A stretch of DNA of 64,000 nt from an archaeon (GCA_038046645.1 JBBSVU010000006.1:23404-87403), one strand, 5' to 3'. Positions 9,758 to 19,512 are shown, counted from the stretch's first letter. Notes: generated by a model from the letters alone, not told the origin. Numbers and translations are program-made.

Positions 9758-10951
9758 TTATTCTTTACGGTATTTCTTTTTTGCATTATTTAATGCAATG
9801 TGCACTGCCTGAGTACTTAAAGGCATTTCAGGGTCTAATACCTTACCAACTTCCCACAAATAAGGGAACCTTCCCTTTTCCCTAATTGTCCTTCTTACAA
9901 GTTTTGTATAGGCAGCAACAGCCCTTCTTTCTGAGGGTGCTAGATTGGCAGGCATTTCCTGCGTAAAAAATTCAGAATATCTATTTTGACTAACAATGCT
10001 TGACCTCCCATCTGAAGGTATGCTTGTAGTTTCTGCAACCTCCCTATATCTTTGTAATGTACTTCTTTCTCTTTTACTTTTTCTGAAAGTATTCAATATA
10101 AAAAAATTAGTGTGCATTCCAATAAAGGAATGTACTTTCATTCCTTTCGTTGGATCATACTCATCCAATTTTTCAAATAGCATTGCAGTTATTGCAGCAA
10201 ACATCTCACTATTATTGCAATTATACCTTTTCATAATGCTGTAGATTAAGCCTTTATTTTCTTTTATTTTATTGGCTTTTTCCCTAGGGCTGAAAAGATT
10301 TGTTTTTACTGCTTTATGCTCAATCCTTTTTGCTTTTCCCTTTTGCCTTAATTTTTCATAAATAGAGACTACATCATTTTTAGTTATGGTTCCATCGCCA
10401 TGTTCTTTTATATACTGTGGAATGTCATTTATTCGAATTTTTCTGGCAGGATCCGTTAAAATTTTCTTAACCATTGCTAAATCCCTTTCGCTAGGTAAAG
10501 GCCCTTGGCGATGTGTCTCTAGAAAAGCTAATTTTCCTAATCTTCTAATTTCTGGTTCAGTCCTTAATCCAGAATTTATTAAAATGGCACGCACAGTTCT
10601 TCCAGCGACTTTAATTCCTTCATCACCCATTTTTCTGGTGATCTCCTCAACATTCAATTTTCTAGTCTTCCCTAAAGGGCTTTCCACTTCTGAAGCAGCC
10701 AATTCTTTTATCTTTTCTATTGTTTCTGTAGGAACCTTCTGGTCTGAAAGTGCAATTCTTTTTGCCCTATCCCATTGTTCTTTTGATAGTCTTGAATACT
10801 TTCGAACAGTAGTTGTATCAACCCCAATACGCTCTGCTATCTCTATTTGTGTTAATGGCCTTTTTCTTGGTCTTTTTGCAAGTTTTCTTATTGTTGCTGT
10901 AACTTTTTTATTAGGAACCTTGGCGTTTGGGAATCTTCCTTTTGCTAGCAT
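9758..10951 (-). CDS. Multi-HTH protein with C-terminal sigma-70-like regions 2 and 4
   Basis: HTH LTQIEIAERIGVDTTTVRKY; ENKGLIYSIMKRY...LDEYDPTKGMKVHSF; LAPSERRAV...LWEVGKVL. Confidence 0.6.
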   Translation of the reverse strand: MLAKGRFPNAKVPNKKVTATIRKLAKRPRKRPLTQIEIAERIGVDTTTVRKYSRLSKEQWDRAKRIALSDQKVPTETIEKIKELAASEVESPLGKTRKLNVEEITRKMGDEGIKVAGRTVRAILINSGLRTEPEIRRLGKLAFLETHRQGPLPSERDLAMVKKILTDPARKIRINDIPQYIKEHGDGTITKNDVVSIYEKLRQKGKAKRIEHKAVKTNLFSPREKANKIKENKGLIYSIMKRYNCNNSEMFAAITAMLFEKLDEYDPTKGMKVHSFIGMHTNFFILNTFRKSKRERSTLQRYREVAETTSIPSDGRSSIVSQNRYSEFFTQEMPANLAPSERRAVAAYTKLVRRTIREKGRFPYLWEVGKVLDPEMPLSTQAVHIALNNAKKKYRKE

Positions 10952-11021
10952 AATCTTATTACTTATAAAATAGTTATTAAATTGTATGGAATGGTTATCC
11001 TGATTTTGTCTTCAATTAAAT

Positions 11022-11402
11022 TTAAAGCAATTCATTTTCAAGCAAATCAACAATCATATTCTTTACAATTTCATTGCACCTTTTCTTTGGCTTTAAAATC
11101 CTGCAGCATGCTACTTTATTCCTTGCAATAAATTTCTGGTGCAGTTTATTGCTGATTGCATAAGCTTCAGCTTTGCTCAAATCCTTGTTTTTCAGGTTGG
11201 AAATTAAGATTGCTCCGATTAATGCCCCACATACACACCCCGAATTCAAACCAGAGCCAAAAAACTGTGCCAAATTTTCAAATTCTTTTTTGTTTTCCAA
11301 ACCTAGCTTCTCTGTGCATATTTTAAGGACACATTCACAACAATTCTTTTTGCCATACATTTCATTTACTAATTTCTCAATTTCTTTTTCATCAATCTTC
11401 AT
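11022..11402 (-). CDS. C-GCAxxG-C-C family (putative redox) protein
   Basis: NCCE, FGSG, CVCGALIGA, ACC motifs. Confidence 0.8.
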   Translation of the reverse strand: MKIDEKEIEKLVNEMYGKKNCCECVLKICTEKLGLENKKEFENLAQFFGSGLNSGCVCGALIGAILISNLKNKDLSKAEAYAISNKLHQKFIARNKVACCRILKPKKRCNEIVKNMIVDLLENELL

Positions 11403-11410
11403 AAGAACCC

Positions 11411-12184
11411 CTATTTTGTTATCTTTTTAATTAATTTTCCTTCACAATTCTTATCTGCAACTTTCCACAATTTTTCGAAATGTTCTGCATATGTTTCCGC
11501 TAACTGTTTATTCCTTATCATAATTACGCTGATTGGCATCTGCCAAATCACAATGGCAATTTTATCTCCATAAATAAAAGTGTTAGTGGGGTTTAGGTAT
11601 TCGGATTCAAGAAATCTATATTTTGTGGATGGGTTATCAAAAATCAGAATGCCTTTCTTCTTGAGGGAAATTACCCTTTCCTTTATGCCATTTTCCCTGA
11701 GCTTTCTGAAGTATTGTGGCATAAAAATTGGCAAAGTTTCATCATATTTTGTGTCATCAAGCCCGAATAAGCAAACATCTTTTTTTGTGCGGATAATATC
11801 CGTCAAAAATACCTTCAAACCTTCTTTTCCCTTAAACACTTCTACTTTTGTCTCCAGGTTATCTTCTTGTGACCAAGAAATAAGATCGGGCAAGCAATTC
11901 TGAAGCTCTTCTTTAGTTTTTGCTATTTCATTATTTTTTTCTTCAAGATACTCTAAAAGCTTGTTAGGGTGATGTGCTTGGAACACCTTCTTTTTACCTT
12001 TATGCACATAGCTTATTAGTCCTCTTTTTAGTAATGTTTCAAGTTTGTCGTAAACATGTGGTCTATAAATGCCTGTTTTTTGTGAAAGTTCATATGCTGA
12101 AGCTTCTCCACCCCTCAACAATGACACATATATTTGAATTTCATTATCAGATAGCCCCATTTTCTTTAATACTTCTAATTTCAT
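11411..12184 (-). CDS. TrmB family transcriptional regulator
   Basis: GLSDNEIQIY..LL..GE.SA.ELSQKTGIYRPHVY wHTH plus effector domain. Confidence 0.88.
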   Translation of the reverse strand: MKLEVLKKMGLSDNEIQIYVSLLRGGEASAYELSQKTGIYRPHVYDKLETLLKRGLISYVHKGKKKVFQAHHPNKLLEYLEEKNNEIAKTKEELQNCLPDLISWSQEDNLETKVEVFKGKEGLKVFLTDIIRTKKDVCLFGLDDTKYDETLPIFMPQYFRKLRENGIKERVISLKKKGILIFDNPSTKYRFLESEYLNPTNTFIYGDKIAIVIWQMPISVIMIRNKQLAETYAEHFEKLWKVADKNCEGKLIKKITK

Positions 12185-12218
12185 AAAAATTACTTGTGTA
12201 AATGTCTTTAAAATATTT

Positions 12219-12237
12219 TCGTCCTAGTTCTGGACGA
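12219..12237. promoter_or_regulatory. Palindromic operator candidate in divergent TrmB promoter
   Basis: TCGTCC-N7-GGACGA. Confidence 0.5.
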
Positions 12238-12273
12238 CAGAAACATATTAACAAAAGAAATTATTGTTAATAT

Positions 12274-12642
12274 ATGTTCGTGGAAATAATTTGGCATTTG
12301 ATTCAGTTTGATATCATTTGGTTTGTTGATTTGCTTTTAGCCAATCTGCACTGGGCTTTTGCATTCTTTGCCTTGGGTTTTATCTTCTTTAATGGCAAAA
12401 ACCCCTGGAAGAAATTTATTGTATTGGCAACAGTCCCGCTTATTTGGGAGGACTTTAGCGCTTTAACAGGGATTGTTTTATTTATTACAGAGTTCTTGGC
12501 AATTTACTATGTTATACAGATAGCAACCTTAAGATTTGCTGAGGATTATCCGCAAATATCCAATAAATTGCACTGGGTGGAAGAATTTTTCACAATGGCT
12601 TTAGTTCTTTTGTTTAATTTTGGAGGTTTGTTATGGCAATAA
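12274..12642 (+). CDS. Hypothetical membrane protein (paralog of 26402..26758)
   Basis: Hydrophobic ORF; shares W..D..L.NL.W.F.F, G.KN and terminal GG with the paralog. Confidence 0.7.
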   Translation: MFVEIIWHLIQFDIIWFVDLLLANLHWAFAFFALGFIFFNGKNPWKKFIVLATVPLIWEDFSALTGIVLFITEFLAIYYVIQIATLRFAEDYPQISNKLHWVEEFFTMALVLLFNFGGLLWQ

Positions 12643-12806
12643 CAAGAATATTTTTTGCATTTTCAATAGCATTCCTTCTGCATATGTTTGCAGGCCTTTT
12701 TTTAGGGCCTGGGATTGGGAATTTACAGGAAGGTTTTTTCACTCCTTTTGGTTTTTTATTAACTGCGGGAGTAGCGTTTGTTGAAATGACTTTTCTGGCC
12801 CAATAA
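12633..12806 (+). CDS. Small two-TM membrane protein (57 aa, not in ORF track)
   Basis: MAITRIFFAFSIAFLLHMFAGLF...AGVAFVEMTFLAQ; GGAGG upstream; overlaps previous stop. Confidence 0.65.
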   Translation: MAITRIFFAFSIAFLLHMFAGLFLGPGIGNLQEGFFTPFGFLLTAGVAFVEMTFLAQ

Positions 12807-12821
12807 TTGGAATCAAATCAC

Positions 12822-12855
12822 TGACGCTCCATGGGCTGAAGCCCATGGAGCGTCA
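12822..12855. repeat. Perfect GC-rich hairpin (16-bp arms) between convergent genes
   Basis: TGACGCTCCATGGGCT-GA-AGCCCATGGAGCGTCA. Confidence 0.8.
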
Positions 12856-13938
12856 CATCTGTTTTGTGCGGAGCATCAAATCTTTGCCGCTTTTTTTGAT
12901 GTCCAATATTTTCAGCTTAGCTTTTACTGTTTCATCAATAAAATCAATTCCATTTTTTACTTTTTTTTGGGAAATAAAAAATAAAATTTCATCATTTAAT
13001 CTTTCTTTCAAAAAACTTGAATTAATCTTCTGTCCCCCCTCTACAAGAATGCTGGTAATTCCTCTCTTGCCAATTTCTCTTAGAACCTCTTTCAGATTCA
13101 AGAAGCCGTTTTTTTGCGTCACCTTAATAATTTCAATCTTTTTGTTTGGATTTTTCCCCAGCATCTCTTTTTCTTTGTTTTTTCCCCTATTTTTCGAGCA
13201 GAAAATTATTGTTTTAGCATTGCTTTTAAACAATTTCGCATTTTTTGGAGTTTTCAATTCAGGGTCAAGAATAATTTTTATTGGATCTCTCCCAGTTTTC
13301 AATCTGCAATTTAATTTTGGATTATCCTTCAAAACAGTATTTATGCCAACAAGCAAAGCATTACACTTATTTCTTAATTCATGCACTTTTTTTTGGCTTT
13401 CTTTGCCTGTGATTTTTCTCCCTTTGCCGTCCCCCCAAGTAATCTTTCCATTTTTTGTAATCGCAATCTTCAGAAGCACATAAGGTTTCTTTGTTTTCAT
13501 CCATATTATGTATTCTTTATTCAATTCTTCTGCTTCTTTCCTGCACAACCCAACTTTAATCTTAATTCCTGCATTTTCCAATTCTTTAATTCCTCTGCCC
13601 GCAACAATTGGATTGACATCAAGCATTGCAACATTAACTTTTTTGATTCCGGCTTTAATTATTGCCTTTGTGCAAGGTCCGGTTTTTCCATAATGGCAGC
13701 AAGGCTCTAATGTAACAAACATTTCTACATTTTCAGTTGATTTCCTGCCCTTTCTTTTCCAAGCATCTGCAATTGCATTAATCTCAGCATGCTCTTTTCC
13801 AAATTCTTTATGCCAGCCTTTACCAATGATTTTCCCGTTCTTTGCAATTACGCAGCCTACTGATGGGTTTGGGTGTGTAAAACCAGTGCCTTCCTTAGCA
13901 AGTTTAATCGCCAATTGCATGAAATACTTTTTTCCCAT
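12853..13938 (-). CDS. ribD: Bifunctional riboflavin deaminase/reductase RibD
   Basis: PNPSVGC, HAE, TLEPCCHYGKTGPC, DNPKL, ILVEGG. Confidence 0.95.
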   Translation of the reverse strand: MGKKYFMQLAIKLAKEGTGFTHPNPSVGCVIAKNGKIIGKGWHKEFGKEHAEINAIADAWKRKGRKSTENVEMFVTLEPCCHYGKTGPCTKAIIKAGIKKVNVAMLDVNPIVAGRGIKELENAGIKIKVGLCRKEAEELNKEYIIWMKTKKPYVLLKIAITKNGKITWGDGKGRKITGKESQKKVHELRNKCNALLVGINTVLKDNPKLNCRLKTGRDPIKIILDPELKTPKNAKLFKSNAKTIIFCSKNRGKNKEKEMLGKNPNKKIEIIKVTQKNGFLNLKEVLREIGKRGITSILVEGGQKINSSFLKERLNDEILFFISQKKVKNGIDFIDETVKAKLKILDIKKSGKDLMLRTKQM

Positions 13939-14139
13939 TAGCCTACTTAATAAAAAGCTTTTTTTAAACTGAATTCTGCATTATGTTTTTGAAAGTATTG
14001 AATATATGGTTCCTTGCCCTAGAAATAGCTTTTTAAACCTTATATTGAATAATTTCTTCCTATATAGATTCTATTTTTGTTAGAGTCTCCGGCCTTAGGG
14101 CCGCAGAAAATATCCCCTGTAAAGGGTTGAGGTGAATAG

Positions 14140-14751
14140 ATGGCAGTATATGACGTTCCTGCAAGGGAATTAATTGAAGCAGTTGCTCTAGATTTGGAAA
14201 GTAAATTTAACATAGTGCAACCAGCATTTGTTGAATACGTAAAATCAGGCTCGCACAAGGAAAGGGCACCTGACCAAAAAAATTGGTTTTACGTAAGAAT
14301 GGCCTCTTTATTATATAGGGTTTATAAAGAAGGTTCTGTTGGTGTTAGTTCATTAAGAACTTATTATGGTGGAAAAAAAAGGAGAGGGGTTAAGCCGCCA
14401 ATATTCAGGAAAGCCTCAGGCAAGGTTATTAGGTTAGGTTTGCAGAATTTAGAGAAATCAGGCTTAATACAAAAAGGCGCAAAAGGTAGGGTTATTTCGC
14501 CAAAAGGGGTTTCATATTTAAACAAAAAATCAAATGAAGTAAAGAAAGTAGTGGCTGATAAAGTAAAGTTTGCGGCAGAAAAGAGATTGCAGGAATTGCA
14601 GGAAGCAGAAAAAAGAAGATTGTTGGCTGAAAAACAACAAAAAGAGAAACAAGCGGCAATGCAAAAGCCCCAAAGAAAAGACGCTAATGCCCCAAAACAA
14701 GCCAAGCCAGAATTTGAGAAAAAGCAAGAGGAGCATAAGAAAGAGAAATAA
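14140..14751 (+). CDS. rps19e: 30S ribosomal protein eS19 with C-terminal extension
   Basis: VKSGSHKERAP, WFYVRMASLL, YGGKKRRGVKP. Confidence 0.95.
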   Translation: MAVYDVPARELIEAVALDLESKFNIVQPAFVEYVKSGSHKERAPDQKNWFYVRMASLLYRVYKEGSVGVSSLRTYYGGKKRRGVKPPIFRKASGKVIRLGLQNLEKSGLIQKGAKGRVISPKGVSYLNKKSNEVKKVVADKVKFAAEKRLQELQEAEKRRLLAEKQQKEKQAAMQKPQRKDANAPKQAKPEFEKKQEEHKKEK

Positions 14752-14780
14752 GGGAGATTTTTCTTTCTTGGTGATTGCAT

Positions 14781-15080
14781 ATGGATGCTGAATTAGAAGA
14801 GTTAAAACAGCAAAGGGCATTCCAATTGAAGCAAGCCGAGCAGCAGGCCCAGGCAGAAGCACAATTGAAGCAATTGCTTGACATCATTATGACCCAAAAA
14901 GCAAAAGAGAGAATAATGAATGTTCGCTTGGTAAATAAGGAGCTTTATTTAAAAGCAGCCCAGTATATACTATTAATGTACCGCGCCGGGAAGCTGCAAG
15001 GAAAGCTCGAGGAAGAAGGATTAATCCAATTGTTAAAATCATTATCCCAAAAAAGGGAAATAAAGATCGTGAGGAAATAA
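14781..15080 (+). CDS. PDCD5-like DNA-binding protein
   Basis: AKERIMNVRLV; conserved position after eS19. Confidence 0.85.
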   Translation: MDAELEELKQQRAFQLKQAEQQAQAEAQLKQLLDIIMTQKAKERIMNVRLVNKELYLKAAQYILLMYRAGKLQGKLEEEGLIQLLKSLSQKREIKIVRK

Positions 15081-15082
15081 TT

Positions 15083-15286
15083 ATGGCAGCTAGAAAAGAT
15101 CAAGAATTCAAGGATTTTCTTGTTTCCAAAAGGAATAGCATAAAACCAGGGATAAGTAGTGCCCCGGTTTGGGTTTTCCAGAAGGCAAACAAGAGAATTT
15201 GGAATCCTGTACAAAAAAGGCACTGGAAGGATGTTGATTTTGGAAAGAAATTTGAACACAACAAGGTTTCAGAGCATAAGAAATAA
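15083..15286 (+). CDS. rpl39e: 50S ribosomal protein eL39
   Basis: APVWV..K...RHW; synteny. Confidence 0.8.
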   Translation: MAARKDQEFKDFLVSKRNSIKPGISSAPVWVFQKANKRIWNPVQKRHWKDVDFGKKFEHNKVSEHKK

Positions 15287-15297
15287 ATGGTGAAAAT

Positions 15298-15717
15298 ATG
15301 GATTTGCAGGAATTAAAGATTAGCTTTAGGGATGTTTTTGAATTGCCTAAAAGCAAAAGGGCTAATAAATTAGTGAATAAACTTAAAAATTTGTATAAAA
15401 CAAAGAAAATGCCGGTAAAACTTTCAAATAAATTGAACGAATTTATTTGGGAAAGGGGCAGGGAAAAGGTTCCACGTTTGCTAGACCTTATTGTTGCAAA
15501 GGAAAAGGATGCAATATATATGTTCTTAGCAACAGAGAGAAAGGAAGCAGAAAAAATGCTTGCTGAGAAGAAGAAAAAATCAGAAAAAGAGAAAGTAAAG
15601 AAGGAAGAAAAATCCAAGGTCTCAAAGGAAGAGAAGAAAGAACTAGAAGTACAGGAGAAAAAGACTGAAGAAAAGCAGGCATTAGAACAAGATTTCGCAA
15701 AGACAGCTATGAAGTAA
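15298..15717 (+). CDS. rpl31e: 50S ribosomal protein eL31 with charged tail
   Basis: KRANK, LNEFIWERG.EKVP; synteny. Confidence 0.85.
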   Translation: MDLQELKISFRDVFELPKSKRANKLVNKLKNLYKTKKMPVKLSNKLNEFIWERGREKVPRLLDLIVAKEKDAIYMFLATERKEAEKMLAEKKKKSEKEKVKKEEKSKVSKEEKKELEVQEKKTEEKQALEQDFAKTAMK

Positions 15718-15733
15718 TTGTTAGTGTTTTTTC

Positions 15734-16396
15734 ATGCATATTGATAAAGGATACATCAGAGCAAGCCCCTATGTCGGGATTTTTATGCGGGCTTCTGATG
15801 ACTTTATCCTTGTGCCTGATTCTATTTCTGATAAAGAATTTTCACAGGTTGCAAGTGTTTTTACAAACACTAAAATCATTAAATGCTCAATGGCTGGTTC
15901 TCAGTTAATAGGCATACTAAGTATTTCACTGAAGAATAAAATAGCAGTTTCGGATATTGTTACTGAGAAAGAAATTGCGCATTTAAGGCATTACGGATTG
16001 CAAGTCCATGTAATAAAAGGGGTAAGTGCCATTGGAAACCTTGTTTGTTTGAATGAATTTGGCGGGTTGTGCAGCAAGGCATTAACCGAATCCCAAGTTA
16101 AAGAACTCGCAACCTTTTTTGAAATACCCTTTCTGAGAATGACAATTGCAAAGTCTGACCTTGTTGGGGCATCATGTGTTGCAACAAGCAAAGGATTTAT
16201 TGTTAATCCTGGAATTAATGAGGAAGAATTCAAAAAAATAAAATCAATTTTTAAAATAAATGGCCAATTAACCTCTTCAAATTATGGTGACCGTTTTGTT
16301 GGCAATGGCATTATTGCTAACAACAATGGTGTTTTGGTCGGTGACCATACCACAACACATGAGCTAATAAGGATAGATGAAGCTTTCAGGGAATGA
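15734..16396 (+). CDS. eif6: Translation initiation factor aIF6
   Basis: SPYVGIF, AIGNL, LVGAS, NYG..FVGNGIIAN, TT..EL. Confidence 0.92.
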   Translation: MHIDKGYIRASPYVGIFMRASDDFILVPDSISDKEFSQVASVFTNTKIIKCSMAGSQLIGILSISLKNKIAVSDIVTEKEIAHLRHYGLQVHVIKGVSAIGNLVCLNEFGGLCSKALTESQVKELATFFEIPFLRMTIAKSDLVGASCVATSKGFIVNPGINEEEFKKIKSIFKINGQLTSSNYGDRFVGNGIIANNNGVLVGDHTTTHELIRIDEAFRE

Positions 16397-16464
16397 GCTT
16401 TTAGGCAAAACATACATAATTATTATTTGTTAACATGATATATGATTACAAATAAGGTGATTTT

Positions 16465-16953
16465 ATGGCAGAAGCAAATAAGGAAGTGAAGCTTTCTTTA
16501 GACCAAGTATTTAATTTATATCAAACCCAAAGAAATCAGTTGGAAGGGATTGCCCAGCAGATGAATACTCTTAACAATTATGTTATTGATGTAAACAATG
16601 CAGAGCAGTCAATGAAGGAATTGCAGGAAAATACAGCAAATGAGATATTATTTTCAATAGGTTCTGGAGTTCATATTGCTGCGGAGCTCAAGGATTTGAA
16701 AAAAGTAAAAGTAAATTTGGGAGTAGATATCTTTGAAGATATGTCCTTAGATAACACAAAAACATTTCTAGAGAAGAAAAAGGCAGATTTGGTTAAAGTA
16801 ATGGAGCGTTTAAAGCAACAGGAGCAGGAGCTTCTGAAAAGTATTGCTGGCTTGGAACAGGTATTGAATGCCGCACAGCATAAAATGGTTGAAGCGCAAA
16901 AAGCCCAGCAAGCCCAAGGAAATGTAAAGAAACCATTGCCAATCATCTCGTAA
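16465..16953 (+). CDS. pfdA: Prefoldin alpha subunit
   Basis: Coiled coils flanking ILFSIGSGV...VKVNLG hairpins; synteny. Confidence 0.88.
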   Translation: MAEANKEVKLSLDQVFNLYQTQRNQLEGIAQQMNTLNNYVIDVNNAEQSMKELQENTANEILFSIGSGVHIAAELKDLKKVKVNLGVDIFEDMSLDNTKTFLEKKKADLVKVMERLKQQEQELLKSIAGLEQVLNAAQHKMVEAQKAQQAQGNVKKPLPIIS

Positions 16954-17107
16954 TTGGCAATCTTTTTTCTATTTGTCAAAAATTCTTCTTTTTGACTTAC
17001 AACGTTAGGCTTGCGCAAGCTGCAGATTTCCGATATTTTTAGGGAAATTTAGTGGATTTATTAATCCAAATATTTTTAGGCATTCCCTTGCTTAATTCTT
17101 GAATACT

Positions 17108-18313
17108 ATGTTTGATATTTTAAAGAATAAAATAAAGGGATTTACTGACAAGCTAAAGCAAAAAATTGGTGCTGAGCCGCAGGCCGAAAAAGTACAAGCA
17201 GAAGAAAAACAGGCTGATGCAGAAATTATTGAAAAATCCCCTTTGCCTGAAGAAACCTTCGCTGAAGAACCAATTGAAGAAAAACCAGCAGAATTGGAAG
17301 AACCCGAAAGTTTAGAAAAACCTGCTGCAGAACCGGCTAAAGAAACTCAAAAAATTACTGAAGTTCAAAAGAATGGCAGCATTGATTTAGAGAAATTAAA
17401 AGTAGATGATAAAAGAGAAATTAAGGCATCGGTTTCAGCCACTTCCCAACTAAAAAGCTTTTTTAGTTCCCATATTGTTATTTCAGAAAAAGATATTGAC
17501 GAGTTATTGTATGATTTTGAATTAGCATTGCTCGAATCCGATGTTGACCAGGATACTGCAACATTCCTTTGTGAAAAAATAAAAAAAGAGCTTGTTGGCA
17601 AGAAGATTCCAAAAGGAAAAGAATTTGACAATTTCATCAAGCAGGAAATAAAGAATGTATTTGCAGAATCAATTTGTGTTGAACACCAGAATATTTTATC
17701 TTTGATAAAAAATAAAACAGAAAAGCCGTTTGTGATTCTTTTTTTAGGCCCTAACGGAGCTGGGAAAAGCACCAGCATGGCAAAATTAACAAACCTGCTT
17801 CAGAAAAACAATCTTTCAGTTATTTGGTCTGCTTCTGATACTTTCAGGGCAGCAGCAATTGAACAGCTTGAAAAGCATGCCGAGCGTCTGAATGTTAGAT
17901 TAGTGAAACATAAATATGGATCAGATCCTGCAGCTGTTGCATTTGATGCGGTCAGTTCCGCAAAGGCAAAGAAGATTGACCTTGTTTTGATTGATTCTGC
18001 TGGAAGGCAAGATACTAACCAGAACCTTATGGAAGAACTCAAAAAAATCGTGAGAGTAATTAAACCAGATTTGAAAATCTTTGTTGGGGAAGCCCTCTCC
18101 GGAAGATCCCTCTTGGAGCAAGCAAAAGTATTTGATAAGGAATTATCAATAGATGGCTTTATCCTGACAAAGATAGATACTGACACAAAGGGCGGAACAT
18201 CTATTTCTTTATTGCATACCCTGAAAAAACCAATTTTCTATATTGGAATTGGTCAGGGATATGATGATCTGTTAGAATTCAGCAATGAGTTTATTGTTGA
18301 TAGAATTGTATAA
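17108..18313 (+). CDS. ftsY: SRP receptor FtsY
   Basis: Acidic N-domain, GPNGAGKST, DTFRAAA, DSAGR, TKID, GQGYDDL. Confidence 0.95.
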   Translation: MFDILKNKIKGFTDKLKQKIGAEPQAEKVQAEEKQADAEIIEKSPLPEETFAEEPIEEKPAELEEPESLEKPAAEPAKETQKITEVQKNGSIDLEKLKVDDKREIKASVSATSQLKSFFSSHIVISEKDIDELLYDFELALLESDVDQDTATFLCEKIKKELVGKKIPKGKEFDNFIKQEIKNVFAESICVEHQNILSLIKNKTEKPFVILFLGPNGAGKSTSMAKLTNLLQKNNLSVIWSASDTFRAAAIEQLEKHAERLNVRLVKHKYGSDPAAVAFDAVSSAKAKKIDLVLIDSAGRQDTNQNLMEELKKIVRVIKPDLKIFVGEALSGRSLLEQAKVFDKELSIDGFILTKIDTDTKGGTSISLLHTLKKPIFYIGIGQGYDDLLEFSNEFIVDRIV

Positions 18314-18408
18314 ATTCCATTATTTTTTAGCTAAAACATAAAAGTAATAAAGCAAAAATAGAAAAATAAAGGGAAAAATCCCTTTACTTTATTAAAATTT
18401 TACTTATT

Positions 18409-19512
18409 TTACACTAAGGTTTTTGGCTCAACGAAAGGCAAACCAAATGCGTCCGCAACTCCCTTGTGGGTAATCTTTCCCTTGTATATATTCAATCCTC
18501 TCATGAAACCATCATCATCCTTCAATGCCTTCAATCCCTTGTTTGCAAGCTTTATTGCATAAGGCAAGGTAGCTGTTGTTAATGCAATTGTGCTAGTCCT
18601 TGGATATGCCCCAGGCATATTAGCAACACAATAATGTGTTACCCCCCCTACCTTATATACTGGGTCTGCATGCGTTGTTGCATGGCTTGTTTCTACACAT
18701 CCACCCTGGTCAATCGCAACATCCACAATAACTGAACCGTCCTGCATTGTCAGTACCATGTCTTTAGAAATTACTTTCGGGGCTTTTGCTCCTTCAACTA
18801 AAACTGCGCCAACAACTAAATCAGCATCTAAAATTTCTTTCGCAACCTTTGCTTTGTCTGATTTTTCAAATCTTGCTTTAGGGTATTTTTTCTTCAATTC
18901 TGCTATTCTTTTATCACTTAATTCAAAAAGAACTACATCTCCCCTTAACCCATATGCATTCATTAGGGCATTCTCACCTACAACCCCTCCTCCAATAATA
19001 ACTGTTTTTGAAGGTTTGGTATTTTCTACTGGTGACAACAACATCCCTCTCCCTTGGAACGGTTTTGCCAGATAATAAGCACCCATTATTACTGCCATTT
19101 GCCCAGCTACCTCACTCATCGGCTTTAAGAGTGGCAATTTTCCGTCTTTTTCAACAGTTTCATATGCTACACAACATATCTTTCTTTTTAACATTTCATC
19201 AGTCAATTGTTTTCCCGAGGCAAAGTGGAAATAGGTAAACAATATTTGGTCTTCTCTGAAATGGTCATATTCCTGAGGCAATGGTTCTTTTACTTTTATT
19301 ACCATATCTGATTTTGTGCATACCTCTTTTGGTGTTGCCAATAGTTGAGCACCAGCAGCAGTATATTCCTCATCCTTAAATCCAGAACCTAAGCCTGCTC
19401 CCTTCTCTACAAAAACAGTATGGCCGGCTTTTGTTAATTCTTTTGCTCCGCTAGGAGCCAAACCAACCCTGTTTTCGTTGTTTTTTATTTCTTTAATAGT
19501 TCCAACTATCAA
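18409..19512 (-). CDS. ald: Alanine dehydrogenase (bacterial AlaDH/PNT type)
   Basis: KEIKNNENRV, KVKEP, PMSEVAG, DVAIDQGGC, HYCVANMPGA; start uncertain (TTG). Confidence 0.93.
   Translation of the reverse strand: MIVGTIKEIKNNENRVGLAPSGAKELTKAGHTVFVEKGAGLGSGFKDEEYTAAGAQLLATPKEVCTKSDMVIKVKEPLPQEYDHFREDQILFTYFHFASGKQLTDEMLKRKICCVAYETVEKDGKLPLLKPMSEVAGQMAVIMGAYYLAKPFQGRGMLLSPVENTKPSKTVIIGGGVVGENALMNAYGLRGDVVLFELSDKRIAELKKKYPKARFEKSDKAKVAKEILDADLVVGAVLVEGAKAPKVISKDMVLTMQDGSVIVDVAIDQGGCVETSHATTHADPVYKVGGVTHYCVANMPGAYPRTSTIALTTATLPYAIKLANKGLKALKDDDGFMRGLNIYKGKITHKGVADAFGLPFVEPKTLV

Noticed and set aside
10386..10973. Long antisense ORFs (also 12845-13483, 42840-43385, 33940-34440 and similar)
   Set aside because: Shadows of better-supported genes on the opposite strand.
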